From positions 1 through 64,000 of the IMG/VR virus record IMGVR_UViG_3300021335_000011: 64,000 nt of DNA; one strand, written 5' to 3'. Source of the stretch: a virus. A program made the position numbers and the translations under genes. Positions 48,196-60,000 of the stretch are shown in pieces. Under the pieces are notes generated by a model. It was not told the origin of the DNA, did no database searches, and was given only the letters and a program-made list of their open reading frames with translations. How positions within the stretch are numbered: the first letter of the stretch is position 1; each line of letters starts with the position of its first letter.

Positions 48196-48784
48196 TTAGT
48201 ACCTGATCAATTGCTGCATAATATTGGTTTATATCTCCATCATTGTGTATATGGTAGTCGACAGTATCTCTTAGTTGATCTATGAATTTTTCTCTAGCGT
48301 CTAACTCTTTTTCAATTTCAGGCTTGACCAAATACATGTAATTACTTTTTCCTGCAATTCTTGGATCTGATTCAGAATATTGTGCTACTAATCTTTCAAT
48401 TTGCGTTTCACGAGGAGCTGTAATAAGAACATAAGTATTATCATGATCAGGAAATGTGTTTTGAATATGAACTGTTGTACCAGGACACGGAAAATTACAT
48501 ACTTTAAAAAAAGGTCGATCATACATTTTTTCATACGCAAGTTGATTATTAGGCTGTAACATAGCAACATATTCCCTTGAAAACTCAGCATCTAGTTCAG
48601 CATGCGCTTCAGCTTCACCCATTAAATCTGTTGTAGTTCGACTTGGACCTAATGGCCTTTCGTATGACTCATTAAGTGTTGGGTACTCAAAGTCAAATAT
48701 ATTTTGTGTCGGAACACCGCGAGCAAGTGATCTTTGTAAAAAAGTTTTAACTCCTACTCCTTGTAGACCAGTTAATACAAGCAT
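48173..48784 (-). CDS. P-loop kinase-like protein (NMP/dephospho-CoA kinase fold)
   Basis: LTGLQGVGVKT (atypical Walker A), ITAPRETQIERL and DYHIHNDG. Confidence 0.55.
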   Translation of the reverse strand: MLVLTGLQGVGVKTFLQRSLARGVPTQNIFDFEYPTLNESYERPLGPSRTTTDLMGEAEAHAELDAEFSREYVAMLQPNNQLAYEKMYDRPFFKVCNFPCPGTTVHIQNTFPDHDNTYVLITAPRETQIERLVAQYSESDPRIAGKSNYMYLVKPEIEKELDAREKFIDQLRDTVDYHIHNDGDINQYYAAIDQVLNEENLLS

Positions 48785-49509
48785 TAAATTCTCCTAGACA
48801 TCATAGTGTCGTATGCTGAAATTTTTAATCCTATAAAGAATTGATATATGTTATTACCAATAGCATGTGCCTCATGAACCAAGGACGAATCAAAAATATA
48901 AATTTTACCAGGTTTTATGTTATTTATAATTTTATCGTCCATTTTTAATTGCATTTCTGTTGAAGTTGTTCCCCATAATCTTAAATTAGGAGACGGCACT
49001 ATAACATCTACATGCTTTTTAAAATGGCCCATTGCATCCCAACGCAATATAGCACTGCGACAAAGGTGCTCATCAAAAACTTCAATTAATGGTTTTAAAG
49101 ATGGTAAGCTACATAATTCAGTTTTTACATCAATTTCATGGTCAAATAGTATGTTATCAATATTTTGATGTTCCATAAAGTGCTCATCTAAAGGCATTCT
49201 TGATGGATCGTTTTCTTCATCTAATTTACCGGTAAGATTAACTAAAGGAATTCCGTACCGCGGAAAATGTTTATGTGTATCACCCCAATGACTAAAATTA
49301 TTTTTATAAGTTTCTATTTCTTGTAAGAAATTATCTACATCAATTTCAATGTCGGTTTCTACTATTGGTGCAGTATGTAATTCATTATACTCTGCTGCTT
49401 CAATTGCTGGTTGAGAAATATATTTAAAGATAAATGCCATGAGCTTATCTTCTGGTTGTCCCTTCAAATGCGGGTGAGTAGAAAATAATATGTCTAATGC
49501 TTCTTTCAT
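48784..49509 (-). CDS. 2OG-Fe(II) oxygenase-like protein
   Basis: HxD...H triad in KKHVD and LVHEA. Confidence 0.6.
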   Translation of the reverse strand: MKEALDILFSTHPHLKGQPEDKLMAFIFKYISQPAIEAAEYNELHTAPIVETDIEIDVDNFLQEIETYKNNFSHWGDTHKHFPRYGIPLVNLTGKLDEENDPSRMPLDEHFMEHQNIDNILFDHEIDVKTELCSLPSLKPLIEVFDEHLCRSAILRWDAMGHFKKHVDVIVPSPNLRLWGTTSTEMQLKMDDKIINNIKPGKIYIFDSSLVHEAHAIGNNIYQFFIGLKISAYDTMMSRRI

Positions 49510-50033
49510 TGCACCATCCTTTTGTAAAAATTTGTCAAATCGCTACCGCCACGAAGACAAACTGTAAAATGCAATCGTTCTTCTTTACCAAGATTTATAG
49601 CTGTGTGCTTAAGTGTAGTTTTTAGGCGATACGTACAACCAATATCTGACATGCGAAGTACATTATCTTCAACTAAGAAAATCGCATCTTCATTTGTTTG
49701 TATAGGAATATGAATTCTATCTGTAAGATCGTAGTGATATGAGTAACCTCTAAATTCACTTCCTAACCACATAAATCTTCCACGACAAACGCCATATAAA
49801 TTATCAAGGTCGTTATAGACTTCTTCAACATAAGTATTTTTAAATAAACGATTGACCTTTGTAAAATCATTCTGATCTAGCTTTTGTTTAAACAAATCGC
49901 CAGTCGGTAATTCATAAGTTTCTCCGTCTGGAGAACTAGTATGAATTTGTTGCGCTTTTAGTTTTGAATCTAATAGACAATGTAAAAGTTTCTTAGAATC
50001 ATATCGTTGTTCTAATTTTTCAAGCATTCGCAT
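49506..50033 (-). CDS. Aspartyl/asparaginyl beta-hydroxylase-like 2OG-Fe(II) oxygenase
   Basis: RGRFMWL, YHYD..RIHIPIQTN and KHTAIN...RLH. Confidence 0.7.
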   Translation of the reverse strand: MRMLEKLEQRYDSKKLLHCLLDSKLKAQQIHTSSPDGETYELPTGDLFKQKLDQNDFTKVNRLFKNTYVEEVYNDLDNLYGVCRGRFMWLGSEFRGYSYHYDLTDRIHIPIQTNEDAIFLVEDNVLRMSDIGCTYRLKTTLKHTAINLGKEERLHFTVCLRGGSDLTNFYKRMVQ

Positions 50034-50473
50034 ACTTCCTCATAACTAATATCAAAAAAAGATATTTTGAATAAGTATCTATCTTTCTTCCCAAGATTCA
50101 TAACACCATGTTTAATTGTAGTATTTAATACTGCTGTCGTGTATTTAAAGTCACCTATTCCTGGAAATGATACAGGAGCTGGATTATCACTTAATACGTG
50201 GTTGATGGAACATGTGGTATTATAATCAATATGTGGTAATAATACACTATTTTCTTTTAAAATATAATATCGTGGTTTACCAAGTGGCAAAGAATATACA
50301 TTGCAGAAGTGTTCCATTTCTGCAGTGGCCACATCTAATTTTTCATTTGCTATTTTCCAATTATCTGTTGTACCATGTTTAGGATCAGAATAGCTATTTT
50401 GTTTTTGATTAAATAATTCTGACAATAATAATTCATTATCAAAATCATAATCTATGTTGCAAACGGGTTTCAT
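50012..50473 (-). CDS. 2OG-Fe(II) oxygenase/cupin-like protein
   Basis: PHID..CSIN and KHGVMN...R. Confidence 0.6.
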   Translation of the reverse strand: MKPVCNIDYDFDNELLLSELFNQKQNSYSDPKHGTTDNWKIANEKLDVATAEMEHFCNVYSLPLGKPRYYILKENSVLLPHIDYNTTCSINHVLSDNPAPVSFPGIGDFKYTTAVLNTTIKHGVMNLGKKDRYLFKISFFDISYEEVCECLKN

Positions 50474-51092
50474 AATCCATCCTTAATGCATGTTCGTCAT
50501 ATGACATAACTTTAGGGTTCCAATCTTCGAATTTGTAATCTCCTCTTGTGTAATACATCATATTTTGGTAACAACTTGTTTCTTCACAATTGGCTACTTG
50601 CACTAAACCTTTATCATAGTTTATCCATTCAATATTGTGAAATTCACTCATTAGTTTTACTACAGCTTTCCACCATAGTTGTTGTTTAGCTCTTTTATTT
50701 CTTTGTTGCATGCTTATAAAAATAAGCTTATGATCAACATTTTCTAAAGTAAATTTTAAAAAATCAGAAAATCCATCCATTAGTTCTTTAGAAAACATTG
50801 GCGGTTTTGCTTGATATTTTCTAGTATTTGGAAATGTGTAATGCCGGTTGCAATATCGTAATATATCTTTGTTATATTCTTTTACTCCCGTCATGATAAT
50901 AGGATTTCCATCATGACCATACAAAACACAATAAAAAATGTGGTCAGAGATCTTAAGATTTTCTTTGGTGTAATTATCTCTTAACCAATTATTTTTATCT
51001 GACAAACAAAGCTCGCGCACTCTTTCGAACTCTTTATTATCGTAATCGAAAATCCAAACTGTACCTGCGTTTATTTTAATCTCTCTATCCAT
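50445..51092 (-). CDS. Hypothetical protein (possible GNAT-like fold)
   Basis: First gene of the operon, with an AAGGA RBS. The fold guess is weak. Confidence 0.5.
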   Translation of the reverse strand: MDREIKINAGTVWIFDYDNKEFERVRELCLSDKNNWLRDNYTKENLKISDHIFYCVLYGHDGNPIIMTGVKEYNKDILRYCNRHYTFPNTRKYQAKPPMFSKELMDGFSDFLKFTLENVDHKLIFISMQQRNKRAKQQLWWKAVVKLMSEFHNIEWINYDKGLVQVANCEETSCYQNMMYYTRGDYKFEDWNPKVMSYDEHALRMDYETRLQHRL

Positions 51093-51128
51093 ATGGGTCC
51101 TTTATCCCCTTTTAACTTAATACTACTT

Positions 51129-51157
51129 ATTATACCATATTTTGAGCTGATTGTACA
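51129..51157 (-). promoter_or_regulatory. Early-type promoter driving the inverted operon
   Basis: Minus strand reads TGTACA (51157-51152), N17, TATAAT (51134-51129), with a TG extension. Confidence 0.75.
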
Positions 51158-51159
51158 TG

Positions 51160-51202
51160 TATAAATAGAGTAATAACTCTTAAACAGTTTTATTTATAAA
51201 TA
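51160..51202. promoter_or_regulatory. Cluster of late promoters including the palindrome TATTTATAAATA
   Basis: TATAAATA on plus at 51160-51167 and 51195-51202, and on minus at 51191-51198. Confidence 0.7.
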
Positions 51203-51229
51203 GAACAGAAACATTTGCACGAGTGAACA

Positions 51230-51583
51230 ATGGCACAATACGAGTACTTTACATTTGATCAAGGTTCAGACATCGCAGTTGAGCTTCATCTGCAAGATGC
51301 ATCAGGAAATAAGAAAAATTTAACTAATTACTCAGGCGCTGCCACTATGAAGCGAAGTTATAGTAGCGATAGCGCGGATACGCAATTCTTCGACTTTGCA
51401 ATTCAAGCCCCTCCTACAGATGGCATTGTTACTTTATCGCTGACTAATGCTCAAACTGATGCTATGGAAGCTGGAAAATATGTGTATGACGTAGAGATTT
51501 CTTATGTAGATAGTAACAGTAATACTATTATCGAAAGAATTTTAGAAGGCAAAATAGACCTTACACCTTCTGTAACAACATAA
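51230..51583 (+). CDS. Small virion structural protein
   Basis: DQGSD, LSLTNAQT and GKYVYDVEI...RILEG..LTPSVT. Confidence 0.7.
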   Translation: MAQYEYFTFDQGSDIAVELHLQDASGNKKNLTNYSGAATMKRSYSSDSADTQFFDFAIQAPPTDGIVTLSLTNAQTDAMEAGKYVYDVEISYVDSNSNTIIERILEGKIDLTPSVTT

Positions 51584-51592
51584 GGATCACTT

Positions 51593-51844
51593 ATGGCTCA
51601 ACAAACCTTCGTATCTAGAATTACGGTCAACGAAGACGTAGGACAAACTATTGTCAAAAAGGTAATAGTTGGCTCTCCGATTCGTCGTGTCACAGGTACA
51701 TCAGCTCAAGAATTATGTGATCTTATCGACGTAGTTTGTACCGGAAAAGAAGATGGGGATATAGTTGAATTTGATCTTGTAACAGAAAAGTTTTATATAA
51801 GAAGAGACCCTCGATTACTGATAATTAGAGGGGGTACATTTTAA
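51593..51844 (+). CDS. Small putative structural protein
   Basis: AAGGA RBS, LCDLIDV fibre-like motif and C-terminal GGTF. Confidence 0.55.
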   Translation: MAQQTFVSRITVNEDVGQTIVKKVIVGSPIRRVTGTSAQELCDLIDVVCTGKEDGDIVEFDLVTEKFYIRRDPRLLIIRGGTF

Positions 51845-53994
51845 TGCAGACCACTGGTCACAATAACAGAATACTTATAAAAACCTCTGCTACAACTCCT
51901 AATATTGCGGTATCTGATAATACTTTAATGGTAGGAGAGCTCGGCTATTCATATGCTGGTGCTAATTCAGATGGAGGAGGTAGACTCTTTATAGGTGTAT
52001 CTCTTGTAGAAGGCGATAGCGATTTTGCTACTGCCATTCATGAGATTGGTGGCAAATATTATACAGACATGATGGATCATGATCGTGGTCATGTTGTAGC
52101 CAATTCTGTTCTTATTACCGACAGCGCAAATAAAATAGATTTCTTACAAGTCGATAATCTAATTTTTGATGGTAATACCATAGAGAATGATAATAGTGGG
52201 ATTACAATCGACGGATTTGGCAATGTTACGCTTATAACAAATGGCGCAGGTCATATTGATGTCGATAGTAATCGAATTATAAATGTCGCTAATCCAGTCA
52301 ATCCTATGGATGCGGTTAATAAAAGATTTTTTGTAGATGCAGTAACTAATGTGCGTGCTGACAATAGACAAAGTCAGTGGAATATATTTGATGCGAATGA
52401 CGAATTACATCTTATCGGTGGTAAAAATATTACCACATCTATGGAAGTGCCTAATGCAGGAAATCTTGATGTAACAGTTAAGCTGAATGATAGTGTAGAT
52501 GGCCTTACAAGTATTACTATTGATAATGTTAAAATTGATGGTAACACAATTAAGAGCTTAGTTGGTAATTTAGTTATCGACCCTACCCCTGACGGATCAA
52601 GCGGCACACTAGTAGTTCAAGGAAATTTACAAGTTGAAGGTACAACAACTACCATTAATTCAACTGAATTAACTATTAACGATAAAAATATTGTATTAGG
52701 TGATGGAGCTGCAGACTCAGCACAAGCAGATGGCGGCGGTATTACTCTTGACGGAGCTGATGCTACAATCATATATAATGCATCGACAGATGCATGGGTA
52801 TTTAATAAAGATATAACTGCTCCCAATCTTGATGTTACTGGTGATTTTACATCTACCACATTAACTGGTAAATATCTTGGATTTGATTCTGACCTCCTTA
52901 ATTCTACAACTGATGGTTTACCTGAAGGCAATACTAATCTATATTATACACAAGCCCGGTTTGATTCAGCCTTTAGTGGAAAAACTACATCTGATTTAGC
53001 CGAAGGTTCAAATTTATACTATACAACTGCTAGAGCAGACAGCGATGCACGTAGCGCATTATCAGTTGCAAATCCATCTGGATTTGGTACTTTATCGTAC
53101 GATTCAGCTACAGGTAAATTTACATTTACTGGAGTTTCAACACCTCAGATACGAGCACAATTCTCAGCTGGTGGAGATATTACCTATAATGAATCAACTG
53201 GAACATTTAGTCTTGATGTAGAACAAATTTATACGGCTGATAACTTTGATTCCGATTTTAGAGATAGGTTACAAACCACAACTACTGATTCGATTGGTGA
53301 AGGAACATCGAATCTTTACTATACAAAAACCCGAGTAGATTCAGATTTTGATTCTAAGCTTTTACTAAAAACAACTGACGATCTAGCCGAAGGCTCGACA
53401 AACCTTTATTATACTACAACTCGGGCTGATAGCGATGCACGACATTCAATTAGTGTTGTAGACGGCGGTGGTCCAGGTTCACTTGATTATAATAACAATA
53501 CTGGTGTTATTACTTACATAGGTCCTAGTCCAGCAGAATTAGCTGTAAATATTCGTCCTCAGTTTTCAGCTGAAGGTGATTTGAACTATAATGAATCAAC
53601 CGGTGTATTTAGTATTGATGTTGAGGTTGCATATACAAAGGTTAATTTTGATTCTGACTTAGGCACAGCATCTACAACAGATCTACCAGAAGGCACCAAC
53701 TTATATTATACACAAGGTCGTTTCGATAGTGCACTAGGAGATAAATCTACTGATGATGTAACCGAAGGTACTAATCAATACTTCACAAACGAAAGAGTAG
53801 ATGACCGAGTAAATGATCTCTTAGTTGCTGGCCAAGCGATTGACTTAGTTTATTCTGATGTGTTAAATACTCTTGCTATTGGGGCTGAAATAGCAACAAC
53901 AACCAATTTTGGTGTTTCAAGATATGATTCAGTTGACTTTAGTGTAACTGCAGGAATGGTTGAAATAAACACTATCGATTGCGGTACATATTGA
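51844..53994 (+). CDS. Tail fibre protein
   Basis: GELGYSY N-domain, six EGxxNL/QY(Y/F)T repeats and C-terminal IDCGTY. Confidence 0.8.
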   Translation: MQTTGHNNRILIKTSATTPNIAVSDNTLMVGELGYSYAGANSDGGGRLFIGVSLVEGDSDFATAIHEIGGKYYTDMMDHDRGHVVANSVLITDSANKIDFLQVDNLIFDGNTIENDNSGITIDGFGNVTLITNGAGHIDVDSNRIINVANPVNPMDAVNKRFFVDAVTNVRADNRQSQWNIFDANDELHLIGGKNITTSMEVPNAGNLDVTVKLNDSVDGLTSITIDNVKIDGNTIKSLVGNLVIDPTPDGSSGTLVVQGNLQVEGTTTTINSTELTINDKNIVLGDGAADSAQADGGGITLDGADATIIYNASTDAWVFNKDITAPNLDVTGDFTSTTLTGKYLGFDSDLLNSTTDGLPEGNTNLYYTQARFDSAFSGKTTSDLAEGSNLYYTTARADSDARSALSVANPSGFGTLSYDSATGKFTFTGVSTPQIRAQFSAGGDITYNESTGTFSLDVEQIYTADNFDSDFRDRLQTTTTDSIGEGTSNLYYTKTRVDSDFDSKLLLKTTDDLAEGSTNLYYTTTRADSDARHSISVVDGGGPGSLDYNNNTGVITYIGPSPAELAVNIRPQFSAEGDLNYNESTGVFSIDVEVAYTKVNFDSDLGTASTTDLPEGTNLYYTQGRFDSALGDKSTDDVTEGTNQYFTNERVDDRVNDLLVAGQAIDLVYSDVLNTLAIGAEIATTTNFGVSRYDSVDFSVTAGMVEINTIDCGTY

Positions 53995-54002
53995 TATAAA
54001 TA
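53995..54002 (+). promoter_or_regulatory. T4-type late promoter
   Basis: TATAAATA upstream of the giant fibre gene. Confidence 0.7.
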
Positions 54003-54048
54003 GAATCAAGGTTTTTATCTTGATTACTCATCCTTATTAGGAAGCACT

Positions 54049-57000
54049 ATGACTACACCAAAGGTCCTATTAAAACGTTCATCCGTAGTTGGTCGAGTCC
54101 CTCAATCAGGAGATCTCGATTACGGCGAACTGGCCATCAATTTCGCAGATGGCAAAATATATTATAAAGATAACTCAAATACTATTAAGGCATTTATAGA
54201 TTCAGCACGAACGCAGTCATTAATTGATGCTGTGAATCAAGCTGCAGAGAATCAACTTGATTCTGCAGAAGTAATAGATCTTATTGACTCAGCATATGTA
54301 CAACTAAGACAGTCATATAACGCTTTAACGTTAGGTGGTGATAGTGGTGATTATTATAGGAATTACCATAACCTATATAACAAACCATTAATTTTAGATA
54401 TCGTCGATATACAAAACATTATCGATAATTATGTAAATCAAACCTTTGTCGATAATCTAAATGTAGATGCAGATACTTTAGATGGCCTAAATTCAACTCA
54501 ATTCTTGCGTAGTGATTCTGATACTAGACTAACAGCCGATTTGATAATTGATTCAAACCTTACGGTTGGTGGTGATGCAACATTCAATAATAATGTAACA
54601 CTAAGTGGCAACCTATATGGTCCAGCTACAATGTACATTGATCCAGCAGCGCATGATAGTGATACTGGTCGAGTAATTATTCGTGGTGATCTTCAAGTTG
54701 ATGGTACACAAACAATTGTCAACTCAACGACTGTAAGTATAAATGATAAAAATATTGTTTTAGCTGATAGCGCAACAAATGCTGCTGAAGCTGATGGAGC
54801 TGGTATTACAGTTAACGGCGCAAATGCTAATATAACGTATAATGCAGCCGAAGACGAATGGCAATTTAACAAAAAAACACAAACTCCTAATTTGGAAGTT
54901 ACGAATGTAATTGATGCCACTACTGTTAATACAACAAATATTACAGCCACAACTATTAATACAACTAATATTACTGGTAACTACACAAATTTTGATTCAG
55001 ACTTTGATTCTGCATTAGGTACTAAAACTACTACTGATGTTGCAGAAGGTACAAATCTATATTATACAACTACTCGAGCTGATTCTGATTTTGATGTTCG
55101 TATTACTACAAAAACTACTAATAATCTAACTGAAGGTGACAACCTTTATTATACGACCGCAAGAGCAGATAGTGATGCTCGTAGTGCACTCAGCGCAAAT
55201 AAAGTTAGTGGATTTGGTAATCTAACATATGACTCTGCTGCAGGCAAGTTTTCATACACAGGTATTTCTACTCAAGAAATACGTAATCGATTTGCTGCAC
55301 AAGGTGATTTGTCATATGACTCTGCAACAGGTGTATTTAGTATTGATGTTGAAAATGTTTATACAAAAACAAATTTTGATTCTGATTTAGGAGATGCTAG
55401 TACTACTGATTTGCCAGAAGGTAGTAACTTATACTATACAAAAACCCGTGTAGATTCAGATTTTGATGCTAGATTCGCAGGAAAATCTACTGATAATCTT
55501 GCAGAAGGAAATACTAATCTATATTATACTACAACTCGCCACGATAGTGATACACGAGTTTTAGTTGATTCTGCTTATGTACAAGCAAGAGTTGATTCAT
55601 CATTTATAGCAACAATTGCCGATCTAACATTCTTAGATTCTGGAGATGCATTACAATTAATCGATAGCTCTCATGTCCAATTAAAAGCTAAAGGCCTAGA
55701 TTATAATGTACTGAGTAATAAGCCTGCATTAATTGACTCTACGTTAGTAACACAACTTATTGATTCAACTTATATTAGAGTAACAATCGATTCTGCGCAT
55801 ATTGAAAATGTTATTAACAATTCAACAACTGTTTTTGTTAATAATGTCGATAGCGCATATGTCCAATTAAAAGCTAAAAACTTAGATTATAATGTTCTTT
55901 CTAATAAACCAAATCTTATTGATTCGGGTTTAGTCGAAGGTTTAGTTGATAGCGCATATGTACAACTACACGCTAAAGGATTAAACTATAACGTATTAAG
56001 CAATAAGCCGAATGTACTTGATTCATCAGATATTGTAAGCATTATTGTATCAGAAACTTTAGACTCTGATCTTATTATAAATCTTGTTGACTCTGCATAT
56101 ATTCAATTGCGCGATAGATTCCAAGACTCTGCAGGTGTAAAAGCTGTTATTGATTCTGCTTATGTAAGAGCGCGAGTAAAAACAAACCAAGACTTACGTA
56201 CAACTGATAGTGTTACTTTTGCTGGAATTAATGTTTTAGCTAATAGTATTACCTTTGGTGAATCTGATGCTACAATGACATATTTGCCTGACAGCGATAT
56301 GATTCAATTTAATAAGCCAGTAAAGGGTGATAATGTAGAATTTACTGGAGCTACTATTCAAAGTGACTCAAGTACATTTAATGGTTTATATGTATATGAC
56401 AATAGATTAGGTCAAAAAGATTGGGTTGCAAGATTCTCACGAAGACAAAACGAATATAGCTCTCCAGCTGTCGTTCTAATTTCTACAGACGCAGAAGAAA
56501 GAAGCGATATTGCATTTGAGATACGTGGTAATGCAAACTCAAATCTCTTAGGTCCAGAATTTGATGATAAATTCCATGATGACAGCAATACAAAATTTGC
56601 TATTTACGGATCTGGTCATACACTTATTGGTTATTCTAATTTACCAGGCGGAGTTGGCGCACTATATCCGTATAGTATGCTATCAGGTGATAATAATGTA
56701 AAACTGCAAGTTAACTATGGTATATCTGTTGATTCTAATTTAGTTTTCCATGAAGGCAATTATAAGACTTATATTGATTCTGCATATATTGAAGCACGGC
56801 GACCTGCTGAAACAATATTTTCTGTTGGTGGTGATGGATCAAATTATGTGTTTAGCGGAGATGGTTTCCCATCAAATGCGAATGATCCAACATTATACTT
56901 AACTCGTGGTAAAACATATAAATTTACTAATATTTCTTCTAGCCATCCATTTGAAATTAGATTATCAAATGGTGGAGCAGCTTATAGCGATGGTGTAACA

Positions 57001-60000
57001 AATAACGGAGGTTCGGGTACAGTAGAATTTACAGTACCTATGAATGCTCCAACATCCCTAGTTTATCAGTGTACAGTTCACGGTGGAATGGTTGGCGATA
57101 TTGTTATTAATGCTGCAGCTGGTCTTGATTCTGCACAAATTATTAATTTAATTGATAGCGCCTATGTTCAGCTTCGCGACTCTTCTAGTAGTGGTGGCGG
57201 CGGTGGTGGTGGAGGCGTTGATTCGGCCACAACAATTGCACTTATTGATTCTGCTTATGTTAAAGCAAGAGTCGATCACAATGCTAACGAAGTATTAATT
57301 TTTGGTGATGACCAACAAGTCGCTGGTACACTTGCACAATCTAACACTTCAGTAGTTTCATTCTTTAATAGTATTTATCCTGATGGTCAATTTATAGCAT
57401 CTTACAATTATGCTAGTGGTGGCTTGCCTATTGGTCAATGGTTGTATGCTTATTATTGGGTCAATTCTGGTCATGGTTATTTCCAAGTAGTAAGTAAAAC
57501 AGATCTTGGAAATGGCACATACAGATATTACTGTGAAAATTCAGCAGGAAATCCAGCACCTAACTGGGCCGGCGGTTGGACAAACTACGTTGTTATAGCA
57601 AGTACAGTAGGTGCTAAAGACAAAGCTTTACGAATTAGTCACCAAACAAACGGTGATTACCTTTTCTTTGACGGTCGTAGAAACTTCTATTTCTCACAGA
57701 ATGATAGCGATCAAAGAAACTTTAAGATCGAACTTACTGGAACCTCAGCCCTTGAAATGGTTGGCGGTAAACATATACATTACGGAAATAGTTATGATAG
57801 TGATGGTGATTTTCCAAATGCTTCAGTGTTTAAAGGTATGGTTGCACATGCTAAGAATAATGATGCTTTGTATTATGCGAATGATTCTGGTGTATGGACA
57901 ACAATTGCTGGAACAGGTGCACAAGCATTCCAAGATTCTGCGGTTGTTGTTGGGTTAATCGATTCGGATTATATTCTCAATAAGAAGTTTGTACCTGGTG
58001 ATGCTGAAAGACGATGGAATATTACATCAGCGGCACCTGCTGGAGCACAGGCTGTCGCTGTTGGAGATTATTGGCTTGATCGTGATACCGAAGTTTTATA
58101 TAAACTTACTACTGATACAAATTGGACAACTACTTTACCTGCAGGGACCTTTACTGCAGAAGCAGGATTAACATCAAATAATTGGTTTGCAAATGGAGTT
58201 GGTGGTGATCCAGCCACAATTAATCAGGGTCCTCCTGGTCCAGTTGGTACATTTAACAGAACTTTCTTGATGGGTACTAGCCCATATAATTCTGGTGGTC
58301 GATACACATTTACACAACCAGTTAATTTTGGATATTTTCAGATTGGTAATCTAGCCTCTGGACATATTTACTCTGTCGGATATACCGATGGCTCGTACAT
58401 GGTTTCAAACACTGGTATCAATGGTTCTAAAACCGCAACGCCAAGTTCATATACTTGGTATGACGCAAACGGTGTTTCTTTAGGTCAAACAGTGGCGGCT
58501 GGTAGTGGTTTTAGAAACTATAGTCATCCAAACGGCACATTAGCAACATATATCGTTATTGGTAGAAATAACTATGGTACTCGTGGCTATAGTTGCTATA
58601 TGTTCTTTTCTGGAGCAAGTAGTTGGCAGCGGATAGGTGAAATTTATGATTCAGGTGATATTAAAAATGTTATCGATTCTGCGTATGTTACTGGTATTTC
58701 TGGCAGTGGCGGTAGCGGCAGTGGATTAGATTCAGCTGCAGTCACCACTCTTATCGATTCAGCATATGTACAAGCGAGACAAACAGCTGGTGGTGGAGGC
58801 ACAGACTCTGCAGCAGTACAAACTCTAATTAATGCTGCTATTGATTCTGGTGCTGTACCATTCACCCAAAATTACTTTCATTTTACATCAGATTCTGGAC
58901 ATAAAATATATAGTGGATTCGATGATGATAGTGATAGTTTAACCTACACAACTGGAGCATTAACTGTTTACCTTAACGGTATTTTGCTTGTAGATTCAGT
59001 AGACTATACTGCAACTAATGGAACATCTATTGTATTGACTGATTCTGCAGAATTGGGAGATATTCTTACAGTACAAACATTTGCTGGCAATAGCCTTGGA
59101 CTAGACTCAGCAAAAGCAATCAACTTAATTGACAGTGCATATATCGCTGCAAGAACAACAGCAGGTACAGACTCTGCTGCCATTATCAACCTTATTGATA
59201 GTGCGTATGTTCAAGCTCGGCAAGCAGCTGCTTCTAGCGGTGTTGATTCTGCTGTTGTTATAAGTCTTATAGACAGTGCGTATGTTAATCAAAGGGTTTC
59301 CTTTACAGGACCATCATCATCTAGAACTTCTCTTGGATTAACCGGTGTAACAACCGGATCAAATAATGCAACTTGGACATTTAACACTGATGCATCTGCC
59401 GAGAACTTTAAGTTATTAATTGACGGCGTGTATTTAGCAAGCAGCGCCACAGGTAGCGTATTAGGATTTAAAGATGCTGGTGGAAAATACTTCTCTGTTG
59501 GAGACAATTACAATAGCCATAATTTTACCAGATCAGTTGTTGCTGTTAGAACCAATAATGCAGTAACTCTTAGTTGGTCTGGTGGACTTGCATATAGTTG
59601 GGCTAACTTTACAGATTATAGCGGTGGATTTAGTGCTGCATTCACAGCAAATGGTGGCACATTACCTTTAGTTTCTGTGTATTCACCAAAAATAACAAAT
59701 GGCCAGCCTGGATCATTTACTACTCCATATGTTGTTGGCGATGCAACAACTGGTAATGGAGCTGGTGTATTTGGTACAAACACAACAAACTATGGTGCAC
59801 TAGTAACAGTTGCCGCCTCAGCAACATATTTGTCATTAACAAATGTCATTGATTCTGCTTATGTAGAAGCTCGCGTAAATGCTTTGGATTCAGCAGAAGC
59901 AATTAACCTTATTGATTCCGCTTATGTAAGAGCTAGACAAAACTTTGCGTATAGCGCACTTACTAGTACACCAACAGATCTTAGTGACTTTGATAATGAT

